64,000 nt of DNA from assembly GCA_965112155.1 (NCBI GenBank), contig OZ218099.1. One strand, given 5' to 3'. Positions 1-11,628 of the stretch are shown one piece after another. Position 1 is the first letter of the stretch. Each line of letters begins with the position of its first letter. Made by a program: the position numbers and the translations under genes. Origin of the DNA: Podarcis liolepis (Eukaryota). The notes under the pieces are model-generated. The model saw only the letters and a program-made list of their open reading frames with translations, did not search any database and was not told the DNA's origin.

Positions 1-530
1 GGGATTCTTACAGCAATTCTTTGCAACAGCATCACTAAAGGAACTTGCATCAGCTTGGAAAGAATAACATAAAAGTGTAGAAACATTTTTTTACTGTACA
101 GTGCCTGCAATATTAATAAAAAAGTACAGCATTCTTCTGAATTGTCATACTTCTACATAGGTGCTAAAGTTCTGGAAGTACAGGCCAATTAAGACAAGAG
201 TCACTTGTTATGTACTGAGTTGAATAGGATCCAAACTGCAGCAGTCTGATTGGTCCTAGAACAATAGGATCCAAAATGCAGCAGTCTGGTCCTAGAACAG
301 GGGTCTGCAACCTTTAAGACAAAAAGAGCCACTTGGACCCGTTTCCGAAAAAACAACAACAACTGGGAGCCACAAAAACATTGCAACATTTAAAACAAAT
401 ATAACACTGCATATATTGTTTCTTGCCTTAATGCTATATATACAGGATCGTGCAGTCAGCTGTCAATCTCAAGAAAAAAGGACAAATTAATAGCTAATTA
501 AAATATTTAATTTACAACCAGGTAACCAGG

Positions 531-705
531 TTAATGGGACTTTTGCTCCTGAACCTCAGTGCTCAGTGTCTGCACATCAGGGCTGTAAGACGTCACCTTC
601 ATTTTCACACAGGCTTGCAAGCTGTCATCTGTGAGGCGTGATCGGTGTTTGTTTTTAATATAGTTCATGTTGGAGAAGACCTGCTCACATACATATGTGG
701 AAGAG
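531..705 (-). pseudogene. hAT transposase C-terminal dimerisation-domain fragment (STYVCEQVFSNMNYIKNKHRSRLTDDSL...QKSH*)
   Basis: STY.CE..FS.M...K...RSRL motif with terminal SH*, typical of Charlie/SPIN/GTF2IRD2-like transposases. Confidence 0.88.
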
Positions 706-835
706 ACCACAAGGGCCATCGAGTCCAACCCCCTGCCAAGCAGGAAACACCATCAGAGCACTCCTGAGATATGGTTGTCAAGCCTCTGCTTAAAGACCTC
801 CAAAGAAGGAGACTCCACCATACTCCTTGGCAGCA
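703..835 (-). mobile_element. CR1 LINE 3'-end fragment inside the hAT
   Basis: gggccatcgagtccaaccccctgcc...ctctgcttaaagacctccaaagaaggagactccacc matches squamate CR1 3' ends in reverse orientation. Confidence 0.7.
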
Positions 836-1939
836 ATTCACCAAACTTTCACCAAACTTTCCCCTGCTTAAGTTTAAAAAGGGGCTTCAAGCAACTAAAA
901 AGGGGCTTCCGGCAACTAACTCCACATGGAATTCCACGCGACCGCGACTTGCTATGCCCAATAATCAATGCCACAAAATGCCATACAAAATTAACCAGGG
1001 CCCCAGTGAACCATAAATCATAATCAGTGCCTGATGTAAATAATAATTAATAATGAGGGCCCAATGTCATCCTCGTCATTATAAAAATAATCCCTCTCTT
1101 CGCACCGCCCAGCTTCCCAAGAAAAAAACCCCACTTCAAACGGTCACAAAGCACAAATTCCACACGACCGCAACTTGCTATGCCCAATAACCAATGCCCC
1201 AAAATGCCATAGAAAATTAATCAGGGCCCCAGTGTACCATAAATCATAATCAGTGCCTGATGTAAATAATATATAATAATGAGGCATTCGTCATTATAAA
1301 AATACCTTTTTTGACACTTTTTATTATTTCTTTGTTTGACCCCTCAGAATTACTCCTCCTCATAGAAATAAACTTTAAATTAACAAGTTTCCTTTTTTTG
1401 AGTGTGTGTTCTTCACTCCCCTTCAAAACAGTGACCAGTGTATATGCCCCCTTTCAATGCAGCCTGCTTACAAAGGCGGGACGACAAAGACCAGCAATAA
1501 GCTGCTGCATAACGTTAAGGAAAACAATTCACCAAACTTCCCCCTGCTTAAGTTTAAAAAGGGGCTTCAGGCAACTAACTCCCACGTGGAATTTCCTATA
1601 GTAAGATGGCGGCCGCCTCAGAAGACCACATGGGCAGATAAGATGGCTGCTGGGACGATCCGGTTACCCAGCAACAGCACAGCTGATTCCGACGCTTTTG
1701 AAAGCAGCCGGCAAAGCAAGTGTTGGAGCTCCGAAGCCACTGCGCATGTGACCAAATAGCGAGGACTTACTTTGCTAGAGACAAGCCTCCCAAGAAAAAA
1801 CCCACCTCAAACAGTCACAAAGCACAAATCAGTAAACATAATAAACATTAAATTAACAAGTTACCTTGTTTTGAGTGTGTGTTCTTCACTCCCCTTCAAA
1901 ACAGTGACCAGTTTTGAACAGTGGCTTCAGGCAACTAAC

Positions 1940-2285
1940 TCCTCCGCCTCCTTCCCTCGCGCCCTCCCCTCGCCCCCGCCCCTCGCCTCCTTCCCTCGCG
2001 CCCTCCCCTCGCCCCCGCCCCTCATGCCCTCCCCTCGCCCCTCGCCTCCTTCCCTCGCGCTCGCCCCTCGCCTCCTTCCCACGCGCCCTCCCCTCGCCCC
2101 GTCCCCTCGCCCCCGCCTCCTTCCCTCGCGCCCTCCCCTCGCCCCGTCCCCTCGCCTCCTTCCCTCGCGCCCTCCCCTCGCCCCCGCCTCCTTCCCTCGC
2201 GCCCTCCCCTCGCCCCCGCCTCCTTCCCTCGCGCCCTCCCCTCGCCCCGTCCCCTCGCCTCCGCCCCGCGCCTCCGCCCCGGAGC
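1940..2285 (+). repeat. C/T-rich minisatellite (unit ~cctccttccctcgcgccctcccctcgcccccg)
   Basis: About ten imperfect tandem copies; source of the Pro-rich and Gly/Arg-rich spurious ORFs. Confidence 0.9.
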
Positions 2286-2649
2286 CGCAGCAAAGGCTTT
2301 AAAGAGCCGCATGCGGCTCTGGAGCCGCAGGTTGCCGACCCCCGTCCTAGAACAATAGGATTCAGAATGCAGCAGTCTGATTGGTCCTAGAACAATGCAG
2401 CAGTATGATTGGTTGGCAGGAACCACCCAATCCTGCTCCAGATAGAAGTGAATCCACAACCTGATTGGCTTACAGTAGAATTCTGGAATTAGCCAATCAT
2501 GTGCAGCCCATTGTGTAAATAATGTATATAAAGCAGATACTGTGAGGGGACTTTCATTCATTCCTCCTCACCACTATGAGCTGAATAAAGAGCATGAAAT
2601 CACTTTGCGACTCTGAGTATATTTCACACTAATGGTAAAATAGCCATAC

Positions 2650-2819
2650 CAGATCATCTTGATCTTCAATCCATAGAAGTTCAGCAGCCCTAAAACGACT
2701 GCACGAAGAATTGGCTTCTTCCCAGCGTTTTTCAGCATCAATATGGACAGAGAAATAGTAACAGTATCTGTTCCAGTAGCGCCATTTACCCATATCTGGA
2801 CATCTCTGGCTGACTGTGC
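2650..2819 (-). CDS. Exon 17: CTLD4 part a (TVSQRCPDMGKWRYWNRYCYYFSVHIDAEKRWEEANSSCSRFRAAELLWIEDQDDL); gene continues beyond the window start
   Basis: 170 nt, phase 1 to 0, aag| and |gtatgg; CTLD motif. Confidence 0.92.
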
Positions 2820-3591
2820 CTTTAAAAACAAATGCACAAAAAGCCACTTCATACTCATGCCAAAACAAATATGCAAAACATTTACCCTGTGCAAACAGAA
2901 ACTTCCCAGTCTCAAGAAATTCACTCTCATGATATCAACAAAAAATATAGGGATGGCCTGTAGAAAAAGACAGAGAAACTACATTTTCCAGAGAACTGTG
3001 GATTTGGTAAAGATTAGCTCAAATTCAGATTGGGGTGGGGGGAATAGCTCCCCTTATTCCAATCCAAAGAGAATCCATGGGGTGCCAATCACTAGTTTCC
3101 ACAACCATCATGATTCACTGGGGCAGAAATATGTATCTGATCTGTGAACAACACACTGCATAATATTTATTCTGCTTGGAGGCTTTTCCCAATTCATTGC
3201 AATGTAGAAGTCATATTCAGAGAATGGTTCTTGTTACAGAACTGGCTAAACTAGGCATTAAATTTGCGTGTAATCACCTCTGAAAGGATGAGCAGGCGCT
3301 CAAACAATGCTAGTGCAGCCACTCTTAAGGCATGGTCCTAGTCTCCATCATTCAAAGGGTGGTACTAAGAGCATGAACATCTGCTCTGTACTGAGCTAAG
3401 CAACTACAAGACAAAATATGCACCAGGGCACATGGGGAAACAGCAGTGTTCTGTTTCATTTCCATTAAAATGATCCTGAAAACAGAGAAGCATTTAGGGA
3501 TATTTTGAAGACCCGCTTCAGCCACAGAACAAAGACAGCAATATTTCATATAAACTAAATTTATTTATTTTTGTTTGTTTTTTAAGCTTAC

Positions 3592-3735
3592 TTTCTGAAC
3601 ACCTCTCTATAGAGGATGTGTCTCTGCAGAAGGCTTTCTCATCACAGAAACCAGTCAACATGTTACAAAGGGCATTATCTCTGCATGGTGGACATTCTTC
3701 CCCACATCCATACCCGTAACGTCCTGGTGAACAAG
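3592..3735 (-). CDS. Exon 16: EGF-like module 3 (CSPGRYGYGCGEECPPCRDNALCNMLTGFCDEKAFCRDTSSIERCSE)
   Basis: 144 nt, phase 1 to 1, tag| and |gtaagc; same 8-Cys spacing. Confidence 0.92.
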
Positions 3736-4142
3736 CTAGAGTGCAGAGAATTTCAATATTTTTAAAGTAACAAAGCAGGCTTGGACATCTATGTATGAGA
3801 AAAATATTCCAAGCTACAAATACACAGGCAAACATATAGGGAGGAATTCAACATAGTATTAAGGAGATAATTTTGTCAGCACAAGAATTTCTGCTTGCCT
3901 GATGGAATGAGTTCTCCTCTCCTCCTCCCATGTACTGTTCTAGGGATTATCCTGACCTCCCCATGAGCAAATTTTGGGGCCATGGTGGGGAGGATGGAGA
4001 AGCCACAGCATGCTATCGGAAGTTGCTGCGTGGGCTTTCACTAGGTGGACTGGTCAGCTGAATCCAGCCCTAATATTTTTTTACAGTAAGATTCAGTGTT
4101 TTACCACAGCAACATGCTTCACCATGGACAAACTACTGATTA

Positions 4143-4387
4143 CCATCATATCTTGGATCTCAAACACCTTGGCTCCTGAACAAATCGCCTCCTGAACGAT
4201 TGAAACCCAGAAGTGTTCTGGTTGTCGAACAATTTTTGGAAGCCAAATGTCCAGCGCTGCTTCCGATTGGATGCAGGATGCTCCTGCAGCCAATCAGAAG
4301 CTGTGCCTTGGTTTTTGAATGGTTCCAGGAGTCAAAACGGTTTTTGAATGGTTCCGGGAGTTCTGTTCAAGAACCAAGGTACAACTG
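4143..4387. mobile_element. Old Tc1/Tigger-like MITE, related to 46228-46430
   Basis: Ends ...aaggtacaactg|ta and shares the internal ctcctgcagccaatcagaagc...ccttggttt. Confidence 0.55.
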
Positions 4388-5519
4388 TACTGCACAATCC
4401 TCTTGTCAACAGTAAAGGGAGTCAATAACCAGTGAGTGGGCATCACACCAAGCAGCCCAACTGAGACCTGTAAAGAGACCATGACCTATAGAAGGCTGTT
4501 CAGAAGATACTGCAGCCTTCAAGATGAAAAATTATGTTTCAGGAAGAAGTAAATAAGGACTACTAAAACTGTAAATAATTACAGCAGTGTTAAATTCTGA
4601 ATCATCACTTCAGCTTATGGAATTATACCCATTCTGGATGCTTTGTCTCAGCCTGTGTGAAATAAATCACGGAGTGATGTACTAACAGGGTTGAGCAGAG
4701 AATGTATGAGTTGGACTATTCTAAAACATCATGGGATCTCCTCCTTTCTTATCTGTGCTGATTATTAAAACCTGGATGTGTTCCCAACACTTCCAGGTGC
4801 TTCAAACTCAAAAGCTAAGCAGCATTTTCTCATTCTCAGCTGAACATAGAACAGTAAGCAGAAAATCATATTACTACAGTGAGAGCAGCTGGAGTTGGCT
4901 CAGCATTGTTTTAAAGCAGCAATCAAATAGAAAACATAAAAAACCCTGAGTATTACTGTGACAGTTGCAAAGCAGGTAAATTGTATAAAAGTTCCAATAA
5001 ACCCCTAGAATACAATAGGATGTATGACTGCCCTGAGAAAGCCACAGAATAGCAACAAAATATATGGGTCATTTGTGAGGAAAGTACTGTAGTTCCCCGC
5101 AACAGCATGGAAACACTGTGGGCAACACAACCCTAAAAGAGTAATATAAGCATATGGATATTTAGCACCTTTGATACAGAAGAAATACAAAGTGCAATAA
5201 CTTACTTTATCATCCAAGTGCTAAGCAACAAGATAAATAGAAATTTACAAGAAGGAAAAATACAGAATTAAACATGTTAGGCAACGTAACAGTTAATGTT
5301 GTCAAATATCAAGATGTTGGCAAGGCTATGCTACGTCTGCCAGCTCCAGTTTCCACAGCTTACTATATCTCTTGGGCCTTTATTTAACCTCCCTTTCCAA
5401 TTACATTCTACTACATTTGTCTTTTATTTTCTACTATGCTCCCTCTTCTTCAGTTTGTCTATCCTGGTCAATTCACTTTTCTCCATTTCTTCTATGCTGT
5501 ACGTGCTCTCTCACTAGCG

Positions 5520-5557
<38 letters not shown>
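5520..5557. repeat. (CT)n(CA)n microsatellite
   Basis: Seen directly. Confidence 0.95.
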
Positions 5558-5809
5558 ATGTATGTCAGTATTGTATCACCAAGTTATCATATTCCCCCCT
5601 CCCCCAATTTGGTTTGCTTCCTATGCTTCCTAGCTCAATATCTCTTAGACCAGTAGTTCTCAAACTGTGTGCCAAGTCCCATGGTATAATATGAGGGTAC
5701 CCCTCAAAAGCATGTTAGCACTTTTTGAATGGCTCCTGGAATGCATTGGGATGGGTTGGAACCTGCAAGCTTCAAGATAAAAAACATGCTCTCAAGTTTA
5801 TTATTTAGC

Positions 5810-6300
5810 AGGATACTGAGCCATCTCAATGTAACATGGGATACAACTAGCATGCCTCCAGATGATCTCAGTGTTTGGGCTGGGATATTAGGGTTCAGAC
5901 ACTCCTTATGGTAACCTGGACTCAAACTGTTCAGGGCTTTGGCTATTGACATACGGTAATATATGAACCCGGCCCAGTAGCATATAGGCAGCCAGTCCAG
6001 ATGTTTTAGCAGAGGTGCCACATGCTGTTGGCTTTCTGACCCCATCTGCAGTCAAACTGACGCTTTCTTCACCTGCTGGAGGTTCCAAAGTAGGGCAGTA
6101 CTACATACCGTGCATTACAGTAATCCAGACTTGAAGTTACCAATTCATGGACTACAGTGTCCAAGTTATCCCAATCCAAATACGAGCGTAGCTGGTATAC
6201 TAGGTGAAACTGCTAGAGATATTTGGGCCTCTTGTACCTAGGTGTATCTAGGAGTACTACCAAGTTACAGACCTGCTCCTTTAGGAGTGCAACCCCATCC
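5810..6300 (-). mobile_element. L2-type LINE ORF2 3' remnant
   Basis: Minus strand encodes an LDYCN motif (ctggattactgtaatgca) and HVAPLLKHLDWLPI. Confidence 0.7.
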
Positions 6301-6513
6301 ACAAATTTTGTTGGCTCCCACCCCCACAAGGAATCACTTTATAGGAAAAAATCCCTAAATTTGGTCAATTTTTAAGTTCTACTGGTTCTGATCCTTCACA
6401 ATATTTCCAGGACATTTCAAACTCCTATTTGGAGCTATTATAGCTCGGAATTTTGAATCTTTACTCAGCATTCCAGTGCACCAAACAACTACAAAACCAG
6501 AAATGATTCTTAC

Positions 6514-6723
6514 CGGTCTTCAAGTGAAATACATGATGCCTCACACCTGATACCATTTCCATTCCTGTGACAAGAAAATGTTTGTCTGGCCAGCTACTTA
6601 TTCCAGTACAGTTCTCTCTTAATATACAAAAGAATCTTGCTTCCTCAAAGTTTTTGTACACAGCCAGGGGGTGAACAGCCAGCATTATTTTCCCAGGGTA
6701 TTCAATGAAAATGTCAGGACCAA
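6514..6723 (-). CDS. Exon 15: middle module 3 (GPDIFIEYPGKIML...EEARFFCILRENCTGIS...FHLKT)
   Basis: 210 nt, phase 1 to 1, aag| and |gtaaga; A...C.....CTGI motif. Confidence 0.88.
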
Positions 6724-6949
6724 CTTTTTTAAAAAAGAAGAGACAATTTAGTAACATGATTATAATTTAGTAGCAAGATTACTGACAGCATGAATATGAA
6801 AGAAAGCAAATTTAGGAATCTTAGTCACTACAATGAATCATACTTACTCTGGGCAAATTCAGATTCATAATCATAAAACAGAGCAAAAGGTTACGTGATC
6901 CTATGATGAGCATTTATATTGTATAACAATCAAATATTCCAATCAGTAC

Positions 6950-7062
6950 CTATTTCTTTTTTACAAACATAGAAATGTTGCTCAGTGCATGGTAATGCCA
7001 TAAGTCTGCCTCCTCTAACCATCGTAACACATCCATTTGCTGTGGCAGGAAAGTCCCATAAC
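6950..7062 (-). CDS. Exon 14: CTLD3 part c (LWDFPATANGCVTMVRGGRLMALPCTEQHFYVCKKEI)
   Basis: 113 nt, phase 2 to 1, cag| and |gtactg; CV...G.....PC......YVCK motif. Confidence 0.92.
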
Positions 7063-7796
7063 CTGATTAAAAATATAAAAAATAAGCTGGTAGAATTAAC
7101 AATGCAGTTTATTTATACTCTCTGCCTTACAAAATTTTAAAAAACCCAACAACTGAATATCCCATACATTTCTGTACTCTATACAGCAGTATTCCTGAGA
7201 ATGCAGAACCAATTTGTTTACTTCATAGAGCGACTTTATAATGTTGTATGTTGTCTAATTAAAAGCAAACCGGAAACATTTCTAGAATATGTAGAAAAAA
7301 CTGAAATCTAAAAGCAGAATTCAAACAAAAAGCAGATGGCATAGAAATTAGGGACATCTCTGAGAGTCCATTTCCCAAATTAAAAGAGAATGGATGAAAC
7401 AATAGCTCAACACTAAACATAGTAGTGTGGTGTCACAGGAAAGTGGGACCAACTGCCTTTATATTACTGAACAGAACAAAAATCCAGTTATATTGATAAA
7501 CAGGCAGCCCCCAGTTTACGCATGTTCAATATGTGCACGACCAAGTCTATACAAATCATGCCAAATGTGGAAGTGACCTGGAAATGCCATAAAGACGTCA
7601 CTGAAAGGGTGGAATAGAGGCAAGGGCAGAACGAGGTGTTTGCAGGCTTTTTCAATGGTTTTCTTTGGAATGCAAAATGTTAACGGAGGCGACCTGTAAA
7701 TTGGGAGGGGAGATTTCCCTAAACCTAAGAAATTAATAAATGTCAGAATCTAGCTAATATTTGGATAAGGACTGGAAAATGCAACCTGCTGAACTG

Positions 7797-8328
7797 TGTC
7801 AGATGTGGAATCCCTGGGTTGGTGCCTGGTAACTAGGTGCAGAGCCATTAAAAACCAATACCAGGGCCATTAAGGATTTTGGCAATACAAATGAACTGTC
7901 CTCTCCACCACCCATCCTGGTTCTGAGGAGTGGACAGAGGCAGGACAATTAACAGGAGATGGGGAGGGGTGACTAGAAAAAGAGTAATTTCATAGGAGGC
8001 TTGGGTTTTGGGTGAGAGGTGTGCTGGGAAAGAGAACAAAGGTCAGACCCCAAGAACTGCTGGGCAGGCAGAACCAACTTGGCTGCTGCCTGGAAGAGGC
8101 TGCATTAAGAGACAAGGGGCCATGACTGACTGCTGCATTGGAACTAAGCTTGCTGAAGCTATGGGGGGGGGTGGGATGAGAGACACTCTTAGGGTAAAAT
8201 GTTCTGCACCCCCTCCATTGTAGATTTCCAGGGGTAAATGTGTTAATAAACCAAATTTCTTAAAGACACTAGCCTCCACTGTCTTTCCAATGGAAACGCA
8301 ATCCTGGGTAAGCTCCTGGAATCTCACA
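7797..8328 (+). mobile_element. Possible old solo LTR
   Basis: TG...CA ends and aataaa near 8245; no clean TSD. Confidence 0.3.
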
Positions 8329-8634
8329 CTGCACATGGAGATTATGGTGACATGTAACAATATTATTCCATTCAAACAAAACTGAAGGAAGGCAGTCACA
8401 AAAGAATGGGGGGGAAATGTATATCTTCCAGAGAATAACTCTCTCCGTCAGTCTGTAGGCCTTACCTTCCAAAATGCTTCTCATCACCAAAGCCTTCTTT
8501 AGCATCCTCTTCTGATGACAATTTGTGAGTTATAACTGAGCAAGAGTGTTATTAAAAACAATGCTCAATAGGTACTATGGAAGTAACTATGGAACTATGC
8601 TCTTTTCCTGCAACTGCTGAAATTGAATGCTTAC

Positions 8635-8747
8635 CAGGAGTAGTGTAATGGATCAACAGCTTCTCGGCCGTCACTCCATTTCCATACACTTCCTTCCTGT
8701 AGCAAACCAATCCAACTCTGACTTTCCATCATAGTATTAAGCCACTT
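8635..8747 (-). CDS. Exon 13: CTLD3 part b (KWLNTMMESQSWIGLLQEGSVWKWSDGREAVDPLHYSW)
   Basis: 113 nt, phase 0 to 2, tag| and |gtaagc; WIGL and WKWSDG motifs. Confidence 0.93.
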
Positions 8748-9242
8748 CTAGAAAAAGAAATCTCTTTTAAAAACAGCTTATCAAATTTAAGACCTGAACA
8801 AATATCTGGAATCTGTATTGGGATGGATGGAATTCAACAGGTACTGTTGGTTGATGACAGATGCAAGCTACAGAACCCTGCTAGACAAAGGATCCTTGGG
8901 ATGGCTTATGCAAAGTCATTAAAAGACAAAGATGTTGATTGCCACCATTAGCACATCAAAGGAAGGGTCTCAGGACTGTGAAAGACAGGGTAGTCAAGGT
9001 GATAGGGAGGGAGCAGGTGGTGCTCACATGAAAAAAATATGCCTCTGAAAATGTTCTTGGGATAGGGAGGAGTTGCTTGGAGTAGGGATGTGCTGGGAAG
9101 AAGAAGGGGAACAAAAGCCAGAAATAATCTTGGCAGGGTGACTGAAGTAAGGGTGGGCTCCAGTGCTGCACTGCTGTGGGGAACACGCCCCTCTTGCAAT
9201 GACTCCTTCCATCTAAATTCAGGTGTAAGTATGTGAATAAGA

Positions 9243-9572
9243 AGGACGCGGGTGGTGCTGTGGGTTAAATCACAGAGCCTAGGACTTGCCCATCAGAAGG
9301 TCGGACGGGGTGAGCTCCCGTTGCTCGGTCCCTGCTCCTGTCCACCTAGCAGTTCAAAAGCACGTCAAAGTGCAAATAAATAGGTACCGCTCCGGCGGGA
9401 AGGTAAACGGTGTTTCCGTGCGCTGCTCTGGTTCGCCAGAAGCGGCTTAGTCATGCCGGCCACATGACCCAGAAGCTGTACGCCGGCTCCCTCGGCCAAT
9501 AAAGCGAGATGAGCACCGCAACCCCAGAGTCGGTCATGACTGGACCTAATGGTCAGAGGTCCCTTTACCTTT
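9243..9572 (+). mobile_element. Sauria SINE (lacertid type) with B-box deletion
   Basis: ggacgcgggtggtgctgtgggttaaa head, ccctttacctt tail, 13-bp TSD tatgtgaataaga (9230-9242, 9573-9585). Confidence 0.93.
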
Positions 9573-9853
9573 TATGTGAATAAGACATATTTCTTAAAGC
9601 TACAACAGCTTCCACTGCGTCTTGATTCTTAAAGGAGCACAGATTCTGGTTGGGCACCTAGAACTGTCCTGGAATCTTGCTACTGCTCGGCAGTCAGTAG
9701 AAGTGCTAAGCCTTTGTAACACTACTTAAAACACTGGTACAGGCGTTACAGCTCTTCAGCCATGTACTTCAGGCCTTGATGGTAAATAGATTGATACAAG
9801 CAATTTTCCTCCCACTATTCCCTAGATTGCTTTTTAGCACCAGCTAGTTTACT

Positions 9854-10040
9854 CAAGCTGGTCATCACAAACACTCTTTTCCAACAACACAAGAGACAAC
9901 TCTACACATGGACATCACCAGATGGGCAGCATCGAAATCAGATTGATTATATTCTCTGCAGCCAAAGATGGAGAAGCTCAATACAGTCAGCAAAAACAAG
10001 ACCTGGAGCTGACTGTGGCACAGATCATCACCTTCTTATC
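9854..10040 (+). mobile_element. RTE-BovB endonuclease-domain fragment
   Basis: Translates as KLVITNTLFQQHKRQLYTWTSPDGQHRNQIDYILCSQRWRSSIQSAKTRPGADCGTDHHLL. Confidence 0.9.
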
Positions 10041-10599
10041 ATCACAGCACCTATACACTGGGCTAGATATAGCAGGACTTTCAAGGTACAAATCTACTTT
10101 GTTTTTTTCTTGAGAGGGAGTACTATTAGTTTTCTTTAGTTCTTAGCCATCCAGCTAGCCTTTTCCCTCCCTCTGTTGTACCTTAGTGCATGTACCTAGC
10201 TTGGCTAGAGAACGGTCTAGGCTCTGCTCACCAGTCTCCCAAACGACCTGCCAGCCAGTCCCATTTCTGAGGCTTACATGCCTTCCACACCCTTCTGCCT
10301 TTTTGGCTTGAGCAATAGGGAGAGAAAACCATCTTCAATGGGTCAGATTTGGCTTATGAATTTCCAGCAGTCTATTACCTCTTCAGTCTAAATGATTACA
10401 TATCTGATCAAATGTAAAAAGTTGCAGTGCATTAAACCTAAATTAGTCAGTTTTAAATGTACTTATGCCTGTTCTTTTCAATGATCTGATGTGTATGATT
10501 GGGTTTTTGCCTTTTTGAAATATTTCCAGCTGCTTTTCCTGAAAACAGGAAGAAAGGTAGCCTAAACTGAAACTAGCAATGTTTAAACCTTTTACAGTA

Positions 10600-10838
10600 C
10601 AGTGGTACCTCGGGTTACATGTTTCAGGTTACACACGCTTCAGGTTACAGACTCCGCTAACCCAGACATATTACCTCAGTTTAAGAACTTTGCTTCAGGA
10701 TGAGAATAGAAATCATGCTCCGGCGGCACGGCAGCAGCGGGAGGCCCCATTAGCTAAAGTGGTACTTCAGGTTAAGAACAGTTTCAGGTTAAGAACGGAC
10801 CTCCAGAACGAATTAAGTACTTAACTGAGGTACCATTA
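10600..10838 (+). mobile_element. Tc1/Tigger-like MITE family A
   Basis: TIR CAGTGGTACCTCGGGTTA, TA flanks; same family at 29701-29914 and 56545-56914. Confidence 0.85.
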
Positions 10839-10886
10839 TATGTCTTTTTGTTGTCTCAAATTTATCCTTGCACTGAAGTACAATAC

Positions 10887-11050
10887 CTTTTCCTTTTCAT
10901 TGTCAATTTTGACAAGGTTGACATCCTTGTAGTATGAACACTGCATGCTTGCCTGTGCGTACTGCTGTTTCCTTTTCTTTTCAAAATAATAGCAGTGTCC
11001 ATCATAAAACCACCATGGGGCATTCTGTGGACATTTTGGATTCCTGATGC
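10887..11050 (-). CDS. Exon 12: CTLD3 part a (IRNPKCPQNAPWWFYDGHCYYFEKKRKQQYAQASMQCSYYKDVNLVKIDNEKEK)
   Basis: 164 nt, phase 1 to 0, cag| and |gtattg; CTLD motif; not in the ORF track. Confidence 0.92.
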
Positions 11051-11628
11051 CTGAAATGAAGAAAATTATAAGGAAACTAATGCTGATCTCTTATGTCAAG
11101 TGAGAACTGAACCTTTCTCTATAGTTGAGGATAATATCCATGATTGGATTTCTCCTCCAACTTGCTCCAAAAGACAGGTATGCCATCTGCAGTGGGCAGC
11201 CTGGCATCTTGCCTGCTCCAAAAAAGCAGCTTCAGGCACAGCTCTGCTTCTCTCCGTTATTATTCTTATTCTTATTCTTAAGTGGTGAGTGTGTGATCTT
11301 TCCACGGGAGCATTTGATTGGCTGGAAGTGCATGGTATTTCACACATAACTGGTGCAATTACTCCCTCTTCCAGTGAGGAGAGATTTTTGGTTATGTTCC
11401 ATCTTCCCAGGATTTTTCCATTGTTTGTTTGTCCTCTTGCTTGTAAATGCACCCCTTCCTTGTGACAATGGTTCTGTTTGTTTTCTTCTTAGAACACAAC
11501 CACTACCCAAGTTTTGCAAATGTCTAAACGTTGGTCTTCAGATTTGGTTTCACTAGCGGCTATTTTAGCTATTTCTAATATCAGAGAAAGAAGACAGGCT
11601 GACTCAACTGCCCTCCAGTAAGATTACA

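Larger units (their letters stand above)
298..2344 (-). mobile_element. Non-autonomous hAT (Charlie/SPIN-like) DNA transposon with cargo
   Basis: TIRs CAGGGGTCTGCAACCT and AGGTTGCCGACCCCCG, 8-bp TSD tcctagaa (290-297, 2345-2352), transposase C-terminal fragment inside. Confidence 0.9.
206..2626 (+). mobile_element. Solo LTR (Gypsy-type, 4-bp TSD) interrupted by a hAT element
   Basis: TG...CA ends, TSD cact at 202-205 and 2627-2630, TATA box tatataaa ~2525, aataaa ~2584, tandem ctgattggtcctagaac repeats that continue across the insertion. Confidence 0.75.

Noticed and set aside
1-53. Possible next exon (CTLD4 part b) after a ttccaag acceptor on the minus strand
   Set aside because: The required phase-0 reading (LMQVPLVMLLQRIAVRI) lacks the W and W.GL motifs present in the three equivalent exons
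1772-2561. Pro-rich and Gly/Arg-rich ORFs of 135-179 aa
   Set aside because: They are translations of the C/T minisatellite inside the hAT element
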